A DNA stretch of 64,000 nt from Camelus ferus (lineage: Eukaryota): contig NC_045697.1 of NCBI RefSeq assembly GCF_009834535.1, positions 49,044,001 through 49,108,000 on the forward strand, given 5' to 3'. Positions 1 to 13,947 of the stretch are shown one piece after another; positions within the stretch are counted from its first letter, which is position 1, and each line of letters starts with the position of its first letter. Position numbers and translations under genes: made by a program. A model generated the notes under the pieces. It did not search any database and was not told the DNA's origin. It worked only from the letters and a program-made list of their open reading frames with translations.

Positions 1-88
1 GTGTGATCAACGAGGAGCCAGCCATGCCTCTGGGCAAGACCGAGGAAGATGGGAGAACGCCGTCCCTGGGGGTCTCCTATGTGGCTGT
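1..88 (+). CDS. CCDC158: CCDC158 internal coding exon, 5'-truncated by the window edge (..VINEEPAMPLGKTEEDGRTPSLGVSYVAV)
   Basis: Frame starting at nt 3 matches the recalled CCDC158 segment 'SVINEEPAVSLSKTEEDGRT'. Donor GCTGT|gtaaga at 88/89, phase 2. Confidence 0.85.
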
Positions 89-2296
89 GTAAGACTGAGT
101 GTAATTCAGAGGGGGAAGGCTTCTCTCACCCGTGGTTTGCCGCTGTGTCGTCTGCGTGAGACAACCTCTGGGAGGCTGAGGTTTCAGTAACTTGGAGGGC
201 TCTCTGATGCCACTGGGGAAAACAGTATGAAAGTAGAGAAGTTAAGCAAAAGTAAAACAACTTGACATCAAGAGAAAATAATAGTTGTTCTATTCAGAAG
301 TTAGGGCGAAGTGTTACCCAAAGTTAGTCATGGAGTAATTTATGGTTCCCAACAGATTTCACATCCGTAATCTTATTCGATTATCACAACTGTTTGGGAC
401 AAGACAGAGCAGGATTTATTTACCTATCCCACTTTAAAACTGAGAAAAACACAAGTTCCAAAAGGACTTACCTGAAGCCACATATGGTAGAGCTAAAACT
501 AGAACCCTGAGAACTACGTAACTCTCCAGGTATAAGCTAATAAGAGAGTCCTTGTTCTATAGGCATTCATGCCAGTGACTTATATTAAGTTAATAAAAGG
601 TCAAATCCAAAAAGGATTCAACAAGTCCACCAGCCACTCCCTGTACATACCTGCAAAATCAGTGAGATTCTCATGTTCTTTTCAAATAGTGTTTTAAATG
701 TTTATTATGTGCTGTTATTAGATTAACTTAGAGCATTTTAATATGGTGTATACTATATTCTTAGCATTATAATGCTAGTTGTATGCAATTGTTAGTATTA
801 CAACAACCCATTGTTGTAATATTTATTTTCTAGTTATACGACAAATATCTCAAAATAATACTTTCTCTCATAATACTTATAGATAAACAATGTCCAGTTT
901 CTTAAGATGTTCAATTAGTGTTTATTAATCTGAGGTAGAAAAATATTAGCTTGATTTATCTATTTTTATTAATAATAGTAGTAAAATATTAGTAACAGTT
1001 TCCTAGCATAACATTTCAGTCTCTGAATCACATGTCAGGAACATTCCATTGTCACTGCATCCAAGAATACTTATATGTACAGAGCACTTTCATTTTTGTC
1101 ATAACTCTATATATACCTTCTAAGCCAGGACAGTATTATTAAGCTCATTTGACAGATGATTAAATTTAGACATAGATTGAGTCACCTCCTCCTATGAGGC
1201 AAAGAGGCAAAGCCAGAAGTAGACATTAGAGTCTTCGGCTCCAGCTCTAATCATTCCAGATTACCATGACTTCCTTGATCAAATTTCCATCACTTCAACC
1301 ACTAATGATGGGCTTGACTATATTGGACTGTATTGAAGATGAATATATTTGGTCCCTAGCTTTGGAGAATTTATGTTAATTCATTGTCATCTTACAAGTG
1401 ACCTTCTGACCAAAGTCAAAATTCAGCCTAAAGCTTTTAAGAGTTCAGGAACAAAAGCATTTCTAAGTTGATGAACTCCAGGAGTAACCCATAGCCCTTT
1501 GCAAAATTTGCTTGGGGGCCTAAAATCTACTGTTGTGAGTTAAAGAAGAGTTAAATACATGTGAGCAATTGATTATTCTAAAAATACGTGGAATCTGGAA
1601 ATTGTCCTTTGACATTACCTTCATTACCCATATGAAGATATTTATATAGTATGCCATTCCAAAAATGGAAGACTTTTTTTTTACATTTACATATATTTAC
1701 AGTAGCTTATATAACTTTTGAGAGGAAGGTGGTCCTGTAGGAAGTTATAACAACCTCAATATAGCATGTAAGAACCTCACTGAAAATAATCCTATTTTTA
1801 TTAATAATTGAATAGCTGAAGTTTTAAATAAAATCATAAAATGAGCATAAAGAAATGAAATCTATAGCCCATAAACAAAGCAACTTCTGAGAACTGACTT
1901 TAGCAAAAAAGGAAAAAAGTTGATATTAATTTGTTTCTCATGTCAGACACAGAAGCCACTGCTTACAGATCTTCAGTAGCTCCTGACTGTCTGCTGCATT
2001 CAATACAAGGTTCCCAGGCTGCACTGAAGAATCTCCCTAACTTGTCACCACCCTGCTTTCCTCCTGCATTGTGCTCTAATCAAAACAAACTACCCCTGAT
2101 TCCCCAGAAGTTCCTTTCCTTCTGTCTTCAAGCTTTTCTCCATACTGTTTCCTCCACCTGGAAGAGCCAGTGCCCCAATCTCACTCTTTTGAATCTGCAT
2201 TTGTCTAAAATCAATAGTCAGAAGAATAGTTTTGTTTTATCACTGAGTTAAAATAACATCACGTAGTCTTTAACTTCTCCCACCCTCTGCCAACAG

Positions 2297-2356
2297 AAGC
2301 AACAACTCATTAAGGGAATCCACTGAAGGCAGCAAATCAAGTGAAACTCTTAGCAG
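2297..2356 (+). CDS. CCDC158: CCDC158 coding exon (SNNSLRESTEGSKSSETLSR)
   Basis: Pyrimidine tract and caacag| acceptor; AG|gtaaga donor. 60 nt, phase 2-2; peptide matches CCDC158. Confidence 0.92.
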
Positions 2357-3189
2357 GTAAGAAATGATCTGACCAGCCCCAAACTTTTAAAACATCCCCT
2401 TTGCTACTGTTCGTTCTTTAATTCAGAACATTGTTAGTTGCCCTTGATGTACAGTACACTGTGCTAGGCCCTTAGAACGTAACAGTGAGCAAGACAAACA
2501 TGGGCCCTGTCCTCAAGTTGCTTACAGTCGTAGAGTCTATTCACTGATTGACTGCCTGGAAAAAGATTTACTTTTATCTTTTCTATTTTTACCACCTATA
2601 AATAATAGAGATATCACAGCCCTCTTAATATCATAAGAATATGAAAATGAATTCTACTGTTTAAATTCCAGTTAGGCAAAGACTTCTTCATTCCTGTATC
2701 TTCAGTACCGAGCATATCCCCTGTCACATAATAGCTGTTCAGTAAATATTTGTTTAGTGTATGAATTAAGACAGATTATAAATATTGTCTTACTCTCCCT
2801 GCTGTTTGATCAATATTCAGTGAACTTGAATCTTTCTAAATACTACTTTCTCTTTGCCTAAAAGAAACAAGTTTTGATTTTCTTCTCACTTGGGTGTATA
2901 ACACTACATTTTTCCTGTTAATAATATCTGCAGCTATCTACTGCTGTTTTTATTTTTACTATTATCTGGGTGTTTTAGTCTAATCTCATTTAGTCTGTCT
3001 AATTGAATCTATGATGTAGGCACTATTATCCCTGTTATAGGATAGAGATGAAGACTCAGATTGCCAAGCTATTTGCTAAGGTTATACAGCTTGTAAACAG
3101 TGGAGCCAGATTTGAACTCAGGTCTAGCTGGTTCCTGAGTTCAGGCTTGTAACCACTCCTGTGCTCTGCCTCTGTGTACCTGGACTGAG

Positions 3190-3640
3190 CTACCTGAAAA
3201 AGAGCCCAATCAAGATGTTGGCAAAGGCTATACTGCCTCCAGAAGCCCTTGGGATTAATCCATTTCCTTACCTTTTTCTTCTAGAGCTTCTAGGCTTCTA
3301 GAGCTTCATTCTTTCTGCTCTTTGGCTTGTGGCTACTTCCTCCATCTTCACAGCCCATGACATAGCAACCTCAAATCTTTCTGCTGAAATTGTCACGTCA
3401 CATTCTCTGCTCTGTGTAAAATCTCGCCCTGCCTTCCTCTTATAAAGAGATACACAAATCTCTTTATATGATGGCATTTAAGAAATGCAGGTATATCTCC
3501 AGACAACCCAGGGTAATCTCCTTATTGCAAGATCCCTGATTTAATCAGATCTGCAACATTTCTAGTGCCATTTAAGTAACATTCATAGGTTCCTGGCATT
3601 TAGACGCAGATATGTTTGACAGACATTATTCATCCTATCA
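3190..3640 (-). mobile_element. MaLR (MLT1-like) solo LTR, degraded
   Basis: Typical MLT1 text ('aatcaagatgttggca...cttataaaga...taacattcataggttc'). Confidence 0.55.
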
Positions 3641-3899
3641 CACTGCTTTATAGGCCTTTGAGACATCCTCATGGTCCACTGTGGTGGCCTCTATAGTGTT
3701 TAGTGTGGATATTTTAAATCCCCAATCTCTTGCAAGTTCCAATTGCTTTCATGCATCAGTTTCAAATTGATCTGCCTAAGGCACATATCAGACTATGTTC
3801 CCCGCCCCTAAACCTTCAAAGGCTCCCTGTTGCCTACTGTAGCAAGAACAAACTCCTCGCCCAATATAGCATGACCTTCCTTTCCAGGGCTTTTCTCCT

Positions 3900-4403
3900 A
3901 ATAGTCTCAGACTTTTTGGTCTCAGGACCCATTTTCACCCAAAAATATCACTGAGGATTCCAAAGAGCTTTTTTCAATATAGGTCATTTTTATTTGTAGT
4001 ATTGGAAAATTAATTTTAAGCATTAAAAAAAAAAGTAAAACATTTTGATATTTATTCACTTAAAAATAACAGTATATTACATGTTACAATAATAACATGA
4101 AAAATAACTATGAAAAATATGAAAAATAACTACTTTTCAGATGAAAAATCACTGAGAAGACATTGTTTTCTTCTTTAATTGTTTTTCAATATAATGCGTG
4201 GCTTAATAAAAGATAGCTGGATTCTCATATCCGCCTCTGCATTAGTCTGTTGTGATATCAGATATTATGGAGCCTTTGAGAAACTCCAGTGTACACTTGT
4301 GAGAGACTGAGAGTTAAGAAGAAAATAATATCTTAGTATTATAATAAAAATAGTGTTGACCTCACAAACCCTCTTTGAAAGGGTACCACTTTGAGAACTG
4401 CTG
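3900..4403. mobile_element. hAT-Charlie DNA transposon fossil
   Basis: Terminus-like 'accactttgagaactgctg' at about 4385-4403 and AT-rich Charlie-like body. Confidence 0.45.
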
Positions 4404-4577
4404 TCATAATATTTTCATACTAGTACCCCAACCCACAGAGAGCTCTGTGGTTTATTTCAACTTACTGATTTCAATGGGCCTGACAGTTTTGTAAAGCAAT
4501 ACTTATTATTGCTAAGAGAGGTTCTTTTTCTTTGTTTTTTTCATTTTTAAATGAGTCATTAGGATTGCATCTCTTAC

Positions 4578-5883
4578 TATAAAACATCGATAAAGGAAAT
4601 TGAAGATGATTCAGAGAAATGGAAAGCTATCCCATGCTCTTAGAATGGAAGAATTAATATTGTTAAAATGGCCATATACCCAAAGCAATCAACAGATTTA
4701 ATGTGATCCCTATCAAATTACCCAGGACATTTTTCACAGAACTGGGAAAAATAATCCTGAAGTTTATATGGAATCACAAAAGACCCAGAATTGCCAAAGC
4801 AATCCTGAAGAAAAAGAGCAAAGCTGGAGGCATAACCTCCCAGACTTCAGACAATACTACAGTGCTACAGTAATCAAAACATCATGGTATTGGGGGGAAA
4901 ACAAACATATGGATCGATGGAACAAAATAGAGAGACCAGAAATGAACCCACACATCTATAGTCAGTTAATCTTTGACAAAGGAGGCAAGAATATACAATG
5001 GAGAAAAGACAGTCTCTTCAGCAAGTGGTATTGGAAAAGCTGGACAGCTGCATGTAAATCAATGAGTTAGAACACTTCCTCATACCATACACAAAAATAA
5101 ATTCCAAATGGCTTAAAAATTTGAATATAAGATAGGACACCATAAAAGTCCTAGAAGAGAACATAGGCAAAACATTCTCTGACATAAATCTTAGCAGTGT
5201 TCTCCTAGGGCAGTCTACCCAGGCAATAGAAATAAAAGCAAAAATAAACAGATGGGACCTAATTAAACTTACAAGCTTTTGCACAACAAAGGAAACCATA
5301 AACAAAAAGACAACCTATGGACTGGGAGACAATATTTGCAAACAGTGCGACTAACAAGGGCTTAATTTCCGGAATATGTAAATGGCTCATAGAACTCATT
5401 AACATATAAACAAACAACCCAACCAAAAAATGGGCAGAAGACCTAAACAGACATTTCTCCAAAGAAGACATACAGATGGTCAGTAGGCACATGAAAGGAT
5501 GCTCAGCATTGCTAATTATTAGAGAAATGCAAATCAAAACTGCAATGAAGTATCACCTCACACTAATCAGAATGGCCATCATTATTAAGTCTACAAATAA
5601 CAAATGCAGATGAGGGTGTGGAGAAAAGGGAACCCTCCTACATTGTTGGTTGGGAATGTAATTTGGTGCAGCCACTATGGAGAACAGTATGGAGGTTCCT
5701 TAAAAACCTAAAAATATAGTTATCCAATGATCCGGTAATCCCACTCCTGGGTATGTATCTAGAGAAAACTAATTTAAAAAGATACATGCACCTCAGTGTC
5801 CAAAGCAGCACTATTTACAATAGCCAAGATTTGGAAGCAACCTAAATGTCTATTGACAGATAAATGGATAAAGAAATTATAGT

Positions 5884-5952
<69 letters not shown>

Positions 5953-6388
5953 TATATATAAATATTACGTATATAATACTACTCAGCCATAGAAAAGAAT
6001 GAAATAGTGCAGCAACATGGATGGACCTAGAGATGATCATACTAAGTGAAGTAAGGCAGACAAAGACAAATATAATATGATATCACTTACAGATAGAGAA
6101 AACAAATTTATGGTTACCATACGGGAAAGGGGGTTGCAGAGGGATAAATTAGGAGTTTGGGATTAGCAGATACAAACTATTATATACAAAATAGGTAAAC
6201 AACAAGGTCTTACTTTATAGCACAGGGAACTATATTCAATATCCTGTAACAAACCATAATGGAAAAAAATATGAAGAAGAATATATATATATGCATGTGT
6301 ATATATGTATAACTGAATCACTTTGCTGTACTCCAGAAACTAACACAATATTGTGAATCAACTATACTTCAATTAAAAAAAAAAAAAG
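4578..6388 (+). mobile_element. 5'-truncated L1 (3' part of ORF2, 3'UTR, poly-A)
   Basis: ORF2-like peptide ([18 protein letters not shown]...[22 protein letters not shown]), frameshifted; poly-A at about 6375-6388; internal (TA)n. Confidence 0.92.
5887..5946. repeat. (TA)n microsatellite within L1
   Basis: Read directly from the sequence. Confidence 0.95.
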
Positions 6389-6706
6389 GTTACCTCTCTT
6401 AGAATCCATGAGAGAAATTTTGGGTTTTATAGCTATTATTATGCAAACATGTATTTTCTAACCAAGATTACATATTATTATATTTTCATTTTGCAAAATG
6501 TTTGTGGGCACTGAATACTTAAGGATGATGAAATTTTGGATCTCCTTCATAGGGTATTTTAGGACTTCTGCAGTTTAGGGTTATAACTGCCATCTTGGGT
6601 TTATGTTCTCAGCCATCACTTTTGCCTTCATTATCTTGTTTCTGTCCATAAATTTAGCACTGTGTTTTGAAATGGAATGTTTGCATGACCATTCTTATGC
6701 TTCCAG

Positions 6707-6774
6707 AGAGCCAGTCACATTACACACAGGAGACTTGGAAGACCCACCTGGTTGCTTCACATTCCCATCTGCAG
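6707..6774 (+). CDS. CCDC158: CCDC158 coding exon (EPVTLHTGDLEDPPGCFTFPSA)
   Basis: ttccag| acceptor and GCAG|gtgagt donor. 68 nt, phase 2-1, inside ORF 6603..6803. Confidence 0.92.
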
Positions 6775-9147
6775 GTGAGTTTTCAATGAAAGCACAGAAA
6801 TGAGACCTTCTGAAAACCCTGTAGTGGCTCCTCGTTTCCATGAGAGTAAAAGCCAGTCATGACAGTGGCCTGTAAGTCCTGTAACTCTCTGGTCTCACTT
6901 CCTGCTACTCCCCATGCATTCACTTTGCTTTGTCCTCCTTTGAAGTGTTCCTCCAACATGCTGGGCAGCTTCTATAATAGGGCCCTTATACCCACTGTTC
7001 CCTCCACTTTGCTAATCCCACCACCTCCTTTAAAGTCTTTGCTCAGATGTCACTTACCCTGTAAGACTTACCTCTCACCAACTTATATAAAAATTGTAAC
7101 CCTCCCACAATTCCAGTCCCCCTTATCTTTTTCTTTTTTTCAATTACACTTAGCATTTTTTCTACTGTGTAACTTACTAATTTATGTTGTTCATTGTGTG
7201 TCACCTCCTGCTAGACAAAAGCTGCACAAGGGCAGGTGTCTTTAATTGTTTGGCTCACTGATATATCCCAGGACCTAGAACCTTCCTGGCATGTAGCAGG
7301 TGCTCATTAAATACTTATTGAATGGATGGAAAGAAAAGAAAAAGAAATGAGACAGATGGTTCTCCATATACTTTCCAAGGACTATAAGTAGGCAAAATGC
7401 TCTATAAAATGAGAAGGTCAAGGAGGGGATTGAAAGATAACAGAATTTGTGGAAAAGCCAAATGGGATAACTCAGACTAGAAATGCAGAAGAAAAAATAA
7501 AAACATTACAGGAAAAGCCTTAGAAAAATTTTAAAAAATAGGATAGACATGACTGAAATCATACTCAAGAACATGATGGGCCCTAGAGATAATATAGAAA
7601 AGGAATTTTTAAAACTAAGAAAGATGAAAGATAACAATAGAGAGGATCTGTTAGATTTGGAGAGCAAAGGCAAACCAGCAGGCAAGCAATCAAGCCTTCC
7701 TATGGAAGAGAATGAAATAATAGGAAAGAATGAAACTGTGAGAATGATGGTTATTCAACAAAAGTTTAGCTATAAATTTGGACAGTAATAACATAATTAG
7801 GGAAAATCCAGTTGTGAGGTGAAAGAGATAGAAGAGAAATTTCCAAATTTTCTTGTCTTTTGTAGAAGAGTATTAGTATATAAAATCAAAACATGACATT
7901 CATAAAATAAATGCAAATTCTTAATTTTTAGATAACCTTTAACTTACGAGAAATCTTTTAAGAACTAATATTTTGTGAAGAAAAAAAAGCATTTATTTGA
8001 AGTCAAACAATTCCTTCAGGTTTTACTTCACTTACATGTTATTTTAATGATTACCCAAGAGAATACAACATATATCCTTGCTTTGTTAGAGTCATATAAA
8101 TGAGTCCCTTTACCTTTCCTCATACATTGTGAGTGCCTTGGAACGTGTTAACTCCATTCACTTTCCTTCCAACTTACATACAGTTGTTGTCACATTTTAA
8201 TCATAAATGTAAATATCACAGTGGATCATTTGCATTGTGTTGTACAGTTGATATCCATTTAGATACACCCACCTCTTCACACTTTACCTTCTCTCTGGTA
8301 ACATTTTACTTATGCCTTTAGTGTGTTCTCCTAGTTTTTGTTTTTCTGAACTTGTCTTTATTTTATCCCCATTTTTGAGGAATATTTTTGCTAAGCATAG
8401 AATTCTAGATTAACATTTTTCCTTCACTTTGAAAATGTATCATTGTTTTTTTTGCTTCCATTGTCTCTACTAACAAGTCAGCTCTAAAATTAATTGTTAC
8501 TCATTTACATGTAATCTGTCCTTTTTGCCTTTCTGGCAGCTATAAGATTGTTTTTGTCTTTGAGTTTCATTTATTTACTGCAGTTTTTGTTGATGTGTCT
8601 AGGTGTGGTTTTCTTTATGTAAGAAGAACTGGTTTGGGGTTTAGAGTAATGCTTTTGAGTCTGTGGTAGGCTGTGCCTCCATTATCCAGATCTTGTGGGT
8701 CTATATCTATTACCTGTATTTTTTCTCTTGGTTTTTTCTGCCATGTTATTTTTGTCTCCTCATATGCCTGGTTGTTGGATGACAGATGTGTGAAAAATTG
8801 TACAGATGGTTTGCGACTTAGAATAAGGTCACCTTCCTCCAGACAGCATTCATGCTTGCTTCTGGTACACAACCAAGGACACCAGCAATCCCAGATCAAT
8901 TTAATGCAATCAGGAATGAAGATAATTTGAAGATAGACCTCAGGATCCCTAAGGGCAGATCTTGTTCCTTATTCATAAAACATAGCCCTTTTCAGTTCCA
9001 ACTCGAAGCCTTGGGTATTTACTAGAACACCCACCCCCACCCCCATCATTGGGAACATTTTCTCATGAAAGTTTGATTTTTCAAGAGGTGCAGTATACTA
9101 TTTTTAATTAATTTTGTCCTTTTACTTTTGTTCTTGTCAACTTTTAG

Positions 9148-9306
9148 GAAGTCCATCTGTGAAAAATCCTGCTTCTCGTTCATTCCATTCCTCTCCTAAG
9201 AAGTCTCCAGTTCACTCACTCCTAACTAGTTCAGTTGAAGATTCTATAGGTTCCACATCACAGTATAGATCCACCAAGCCTGTCCATTCGTCTGATTCTG
9301 TTAAAG
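9148..9306 (+). CDS. CCDC158: CCDC158 coding exon (GSPSVKNPASRSFHSSPKKSPVHSLLTSSVEDSIGSTSQYRSTKPVHSSDSVK)
   Basis: ttttag| acceptor and AAAG|gtaaga donor. 159 nt, phase 1-1. Confidence 0.93.
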
Positions 9307-11042
9307 GTAAGAATGATCTGACATCATTGATGAGATTAATCAATTTCCTACTCTGATGAATTAACAGTTGTTTTCCATAATCGGAATTAATAAGGTTTTA
9401 CACGGTGTTCTTATATGTATGCTCTAATTGATGTTGTGTGGTGGGTGTGTGCTTATGTGGGTCTTATTTAAATAGAATAGCTGTTGTATACACACATACA
9501 CACACATCCCTTAGTAAATGTACATAGATGTTATAGGTAAATATTATCTTTTTCTTTCTCTGATATGAATAATGAACTTTTTTCTCCATTTTATAATAAG
9601 ATTTTGGGTCTTTTTTAAATGCTGAGAATGACTTTTTTTCTTATTTACATTCTCTGAAATTATGACTCTCTTCAGTCTTTGCCTTTGAAAGTGCAAGTAT
9701 CTATCATACAAATTTGTCAAAATGTTCTCATTTTTTAAATTTTAAGTTCATTTGTTATTCACTAAGATGGATGGGAAAAATGTTTGATTTTGAATAAGTG
9801 CCTGATAAATAAGTGGACTTCTATATTGAATTGAATTTGAAATGTTTTTCACCATATATGACTCACACTGCCCTAGTGCCCTATGGCATCATTCCCTTTG
9901 ATAAGGAATAAACTAGGCAAGTTGTTGCATCATTGTTAAGTCAGTTTCTGGTCTTTTGAAATTTTATACCCAATATATTTTAGATCCTAAAAAAAAAAGA
10001 AAAGAAAATCAGAATCTAATGATAGATTTTAATACATTTTCTTTTTTACTATCTTTTTTCTGCATTTGTATCCTCCTTCATCTCTTATATTTCTAAGTTA
10101 TTCTTTAATATTTAAAAAACAGAGTAACAAGTTACTTCATTATTAGAGCAGTGATTATTGCAGGAGTAGAACAGTGCTGCTGGTCACCTCATTATTAGTT
10201 TGTGGTTACGTTATAGCATGGCATTTTCTTTTTTATCCCCCTATTGTTAGATAGTCATCAAACATCAAATTTTATATTATTTATGTTAAAAATCTCTCTG
10301 AGAAATTGTTTTTTTTTCTCTTGAACTAAAATAAGTCCCAGATGATTGCCTTTTAGACTTAATATATTTAATTAAAAGGGCATTTTTTGATAAGAAAATG
10401 AGCCATCAAAACTATTTTCAAGATTATACAGCAAGTCAGAGACTAAGCTCAAAATTAAAATCTTGAGATTGACAACTAGTTTTTAGAGGTTGACAAAACT
10501 TCGCATACCTACCTATTAGAGACTAGCCAAGATGCCTCTGGGCCCTCCTCAGTTGCTGCTGCCACGTTTATTCTAGGTTCCATGTTCACTGTGGCCATGT
10601 CTGTACTGCCCTCTCCCATCATACAATACTGTCCTCATTCACGTGACAGCAACTGAAATGGGTGCTTGGCCTCACACACATTCAAAAATGTTGCCAGTTT
10701 CAGTATTGAATCTTGCTCTTCCAAACCCCAAGTTACTGGAACTACTCAGATTTGGTATGAAAAGTTGTCATTTACAATGCAGAATGTATCATTAAACTTG
10801 AAGTGTTCCTCCCACTCATCCCATTTAATGCTATGTAGTTAAATAATACTAAATCAGACTGGTTTGAAACAATCAGATAAGCTAGTATTGCAATATTTAG
10901 ATTTGACGTTTCTTTATTTTAAAATAGTGCTTTAAAGATTCCATTATTTTAAAGCAGAGACTGTTTAACCTGTAATTGGAAGATTTCTAAAAAGAAATAT
11001 TGAATAGACTTTTAATACCACATCTAAGCAATTTTCTAATAG

Positions 11043-11150
11043 CTTCACAGTCTCAGCCAATAGAAACAACCGGAAAAACATGCAGGAAGCTTCAGAACAG
11101 ACTGGAAAGCTTGCAGACTCTGGTAGAAGATTTACAGATGAAGAACCAAG
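11043..11150 (+). CDS. CCDC158: CCDC158 penultimate coding exon (ASQSQPIETTGKTCRKLQNRLESLQTLVEDLQMKNQ)
   Basis: ttctaatag| acceptor and CAAG|gtatgg donor. 108 nt, phase 1-1; coiled-coil peptide. Confidence 0.93.
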
Positions 11151-12568
11151 GTATGGTGAACATTTTTGGAGCAATCTTCCTTGCTGAAAAGAATACCCAC
11201 CTTCCCTTCAGGTTAGGCCTCCTATCTGTGGACCAACCGAAAAGGATATTGAATAAGCAATTCATAATCCTTGGTCAAAATATGAGGGTCTTAAGCATGA
11301 CTAACCCTTGGATTAATACTGAGCACTTATCAGCTATGTGCCAGGCCCTGTACTCAGTGCCTTAACTTATGAGCTTCACAACACCAGGAGGTGGGCACTA
11401 GGATCACGTCATTTGGTAATAAGGTAGCTAAGAGTCACTGGCAGCAAGTTCTAAGTCACACAATGAGTAGTAGAGCTGAGGCTTGATCTCTGCAATTTCT
11501 GAGTCCAGAATCCACACTTTTTAATATACTAAAGCTATACCAAATTGTTATTAAAGAAAATTACAAATTCTTTATGGTAATTCCAGATCTCTGTGTATAT
11601 AAACATAAAGGAAAACATTTCATTTTAAGTCTATTGTAAGCTTTTTAAGGAGGATGCATTATCTTACTGACACCATTTTTATTCACACTTTGACTTATAT
11701 TTCTGACTTTATCTGAGTAATCCTATCATGTAATAATCCAAATGGAAGATGTGTTGTATTTGTTTAAAATTTTTTTAAAAAACTTTTTGTTGGTTGCATT
11801 GTCTGGATGGAATATCTCTTGGAAATTATAAAACAAATATTTTGGAGAGAACTTTTGGAGCATTTATCAAAATTTAAAGTGGCACATATTCTTTGACCCA
11901 GAAACTCCACTTCAAGCAATATATTCTGCAAGAAAAATTGCACACACACATAAAAGTCTGTTTACAGACATATGTCCTATAGCATTATTTATAAACAAGA
12001 ATAAGAAAGCAACTTTTAAAAATGTATTTACTAACATGTTGGTACATCCACATAATGAAATACTGTGCAGTCATAACAAAACATGAGCTGAACTGGAAAG
12101 ATGTTGACATTTTGTTGAGTAAAACAAGCTACAGAACAATTTATACCACATATTTCCATTTGTGTAAAGAAGACTTATGTGTGTGTGTACATGTGAATAT
12201 GCCGAAGGGTTTACAGTGATGACCTGGGGAGGGGAGGTTCAACAGGTTGGGGGAACAGAGGCATAGAATGACCTTTATCTCTCTTTGTACCCTCCTGAGG
12301 TGTTCAGATTATTTACAATTAGTGTGTATTACTTCTGTAATAATGATAATCATGCTCATTTAAAACAGCTGAAAGAGCAAAGATCTGCCCTTATCTCTGT
12401 TTCATGACTTCAGTCTTTTAAAAAATACGCTACTTTACAATTGGTAAGAACTTCTTAAGCTCAGAATGTGTTTATTCTATAGTAGCAAGCTGACCTTTTA
12501 AGAGGCACATTATGGAATTTAAAGCCTGAGTAAATGTTGTTTTCTAACTGTTTTATCAACATTTTCAG

Positions 12569-12645
12569 CAATGTCTTCAATGATCAGAAATCAAGAAAAG
12601 AGGATACAGAAAGTGAAAGACCAGGAAAAAATGTTACTAAAATGA
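12569..12645 (+). CDS. CCDC158: CCDC158 last coding exon (AMSSMIRNQEKRIQKVKDQEKMLLK*)
   Basis: ttttcag| acceptor; TGA at 12643-12645; matches the recalled CCDC158 C-terminus. Confidence 0.94.
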
Positions 12646-12744
12646 TACATTGCTTGCCTATTTACAGAGAGGTGATGCCCAATTAATTGTGGTGTTACGT
12701 ATAATTAGTGCCCTGTGTACTTTTTTCTTTTTATGTGAAAATTT

Positions 12745-12750
12745 AATAAA
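12745..12750 (+). terminator. CCDC158: Probable CCDC158 polyadenylation signal AATAAA
   Basis: First AATAAA, 100 nt after the stop codon. Confidence 0.65.
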
Positions 12751-13261
12751 AGATACCCTATCCTGTAAACTATTTTGAAACAAACTATTCTTGAATGCTC
12801 TCACAGTAAAACTTCAAGCAGTACTAGCCAGATGTGAAAGTGTTCATACCTTGTAGGTGTTAATTTGTGCTAATACCAGTGTGTTGGAATAACTACGTGT
12901 TTTACGTTATCTTTACTGGTGCTGAGGCAATAGTCCTTTTCTTTTTTTTCAGCTTAAAAACTGCTTTCACATGAAAGTGAAAGATGGGGTATCATGCCCA
13001 GAAGGACAAACTCCAAGGTACTGACAGGGATTCCTTTTGTGACCCTGAACTCACTGTTCTGTCAATATCAGTGAATGTAATCACACAACAAAACATTGGG
13101 GCCCCTGATGAAAACTTTTGGAAAAGTTTCTTTTTTTACATATTAATAACTATAAAGAAAGAAAGAAAAAGTTTATTATTCTTTAGCCAGTTGGTATCTT
13201 CTGCAGATTGAATGGATTCAGTCTGCCTTAATTAGATTTTAATAAATTAGTGGCATTTGTA

Positions 13262-13947
13262 TGTGGTGTGTTTTCCAGCACCAATAACCAATTCTCTGTG
13301 GACACCAACTGGGTGTCTGTGAGTCACTTCAGTTCTGACACTGCCTGGAGTTAGTGTCAGAGTCTCCAGACTTAAGGGCTCAGTCCCACAAGACTGCCCC
13401 CAGGTCCCAGGCCACCTGTACTTTTTGACTGGCTACAAACTGGGGGTTCCCACACCCCCCTCTAAAGTTTCAATAACTTGCTAGAAATGATCACAGAACT
13501 CAGGAAAGTGCTTTACTTACTATTACAGTTTATTATAAAGGCTATAACTCAGGACCAGCCAAATGGAAGAGATGCACAGAGCAAGGTAAGGGGTGGTGCT
13601 GTGGAGCTTCCATGCCCTTGATTTGCTCTCCAACTGGAAGCTCATTAAATCTCATCATTTAAGGGTCTTTGTGGAGCTTCATCTCCAGGCCCCTCCCCAT
13701 CCCGGAGCTCAGCCTGTGGAGCTGAAAGTCACAAGCTTCCAACCACTTGGTCTTTCTGGTGACCAGTCCTAGCCGGAGGCTATCTAGGGGCCCACCTAAG
13801 TCACCTCACTGGCAGAAACTCAGGGTGACCTAAAGGGCTTTATTATGAATAACAAAAGGCACTCCTGTCTCTCAGGAAATGCCAAGGGGTTGAGGAGCTC
13901 TGTGCCAGGAACCAAGGACAGAAACGAAATATATTTATTATACTACA
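13262..13947 (-). mobile_element. MER21-family solo LTR
   Basis: Reverse complement begins TGTAGTATAATAAATATATT...CCTGGCACAGAGCTCCT; homologous to 37138-37895. Confidence 0.7.

Noticed and set aside
4768..6040. Short ORFs here and at 34259-35455, 49209-50034 and 56850-57083
   Set aside because: Fragments of L1 ORF2 or antisense frames of L1 sequence; not host genes.
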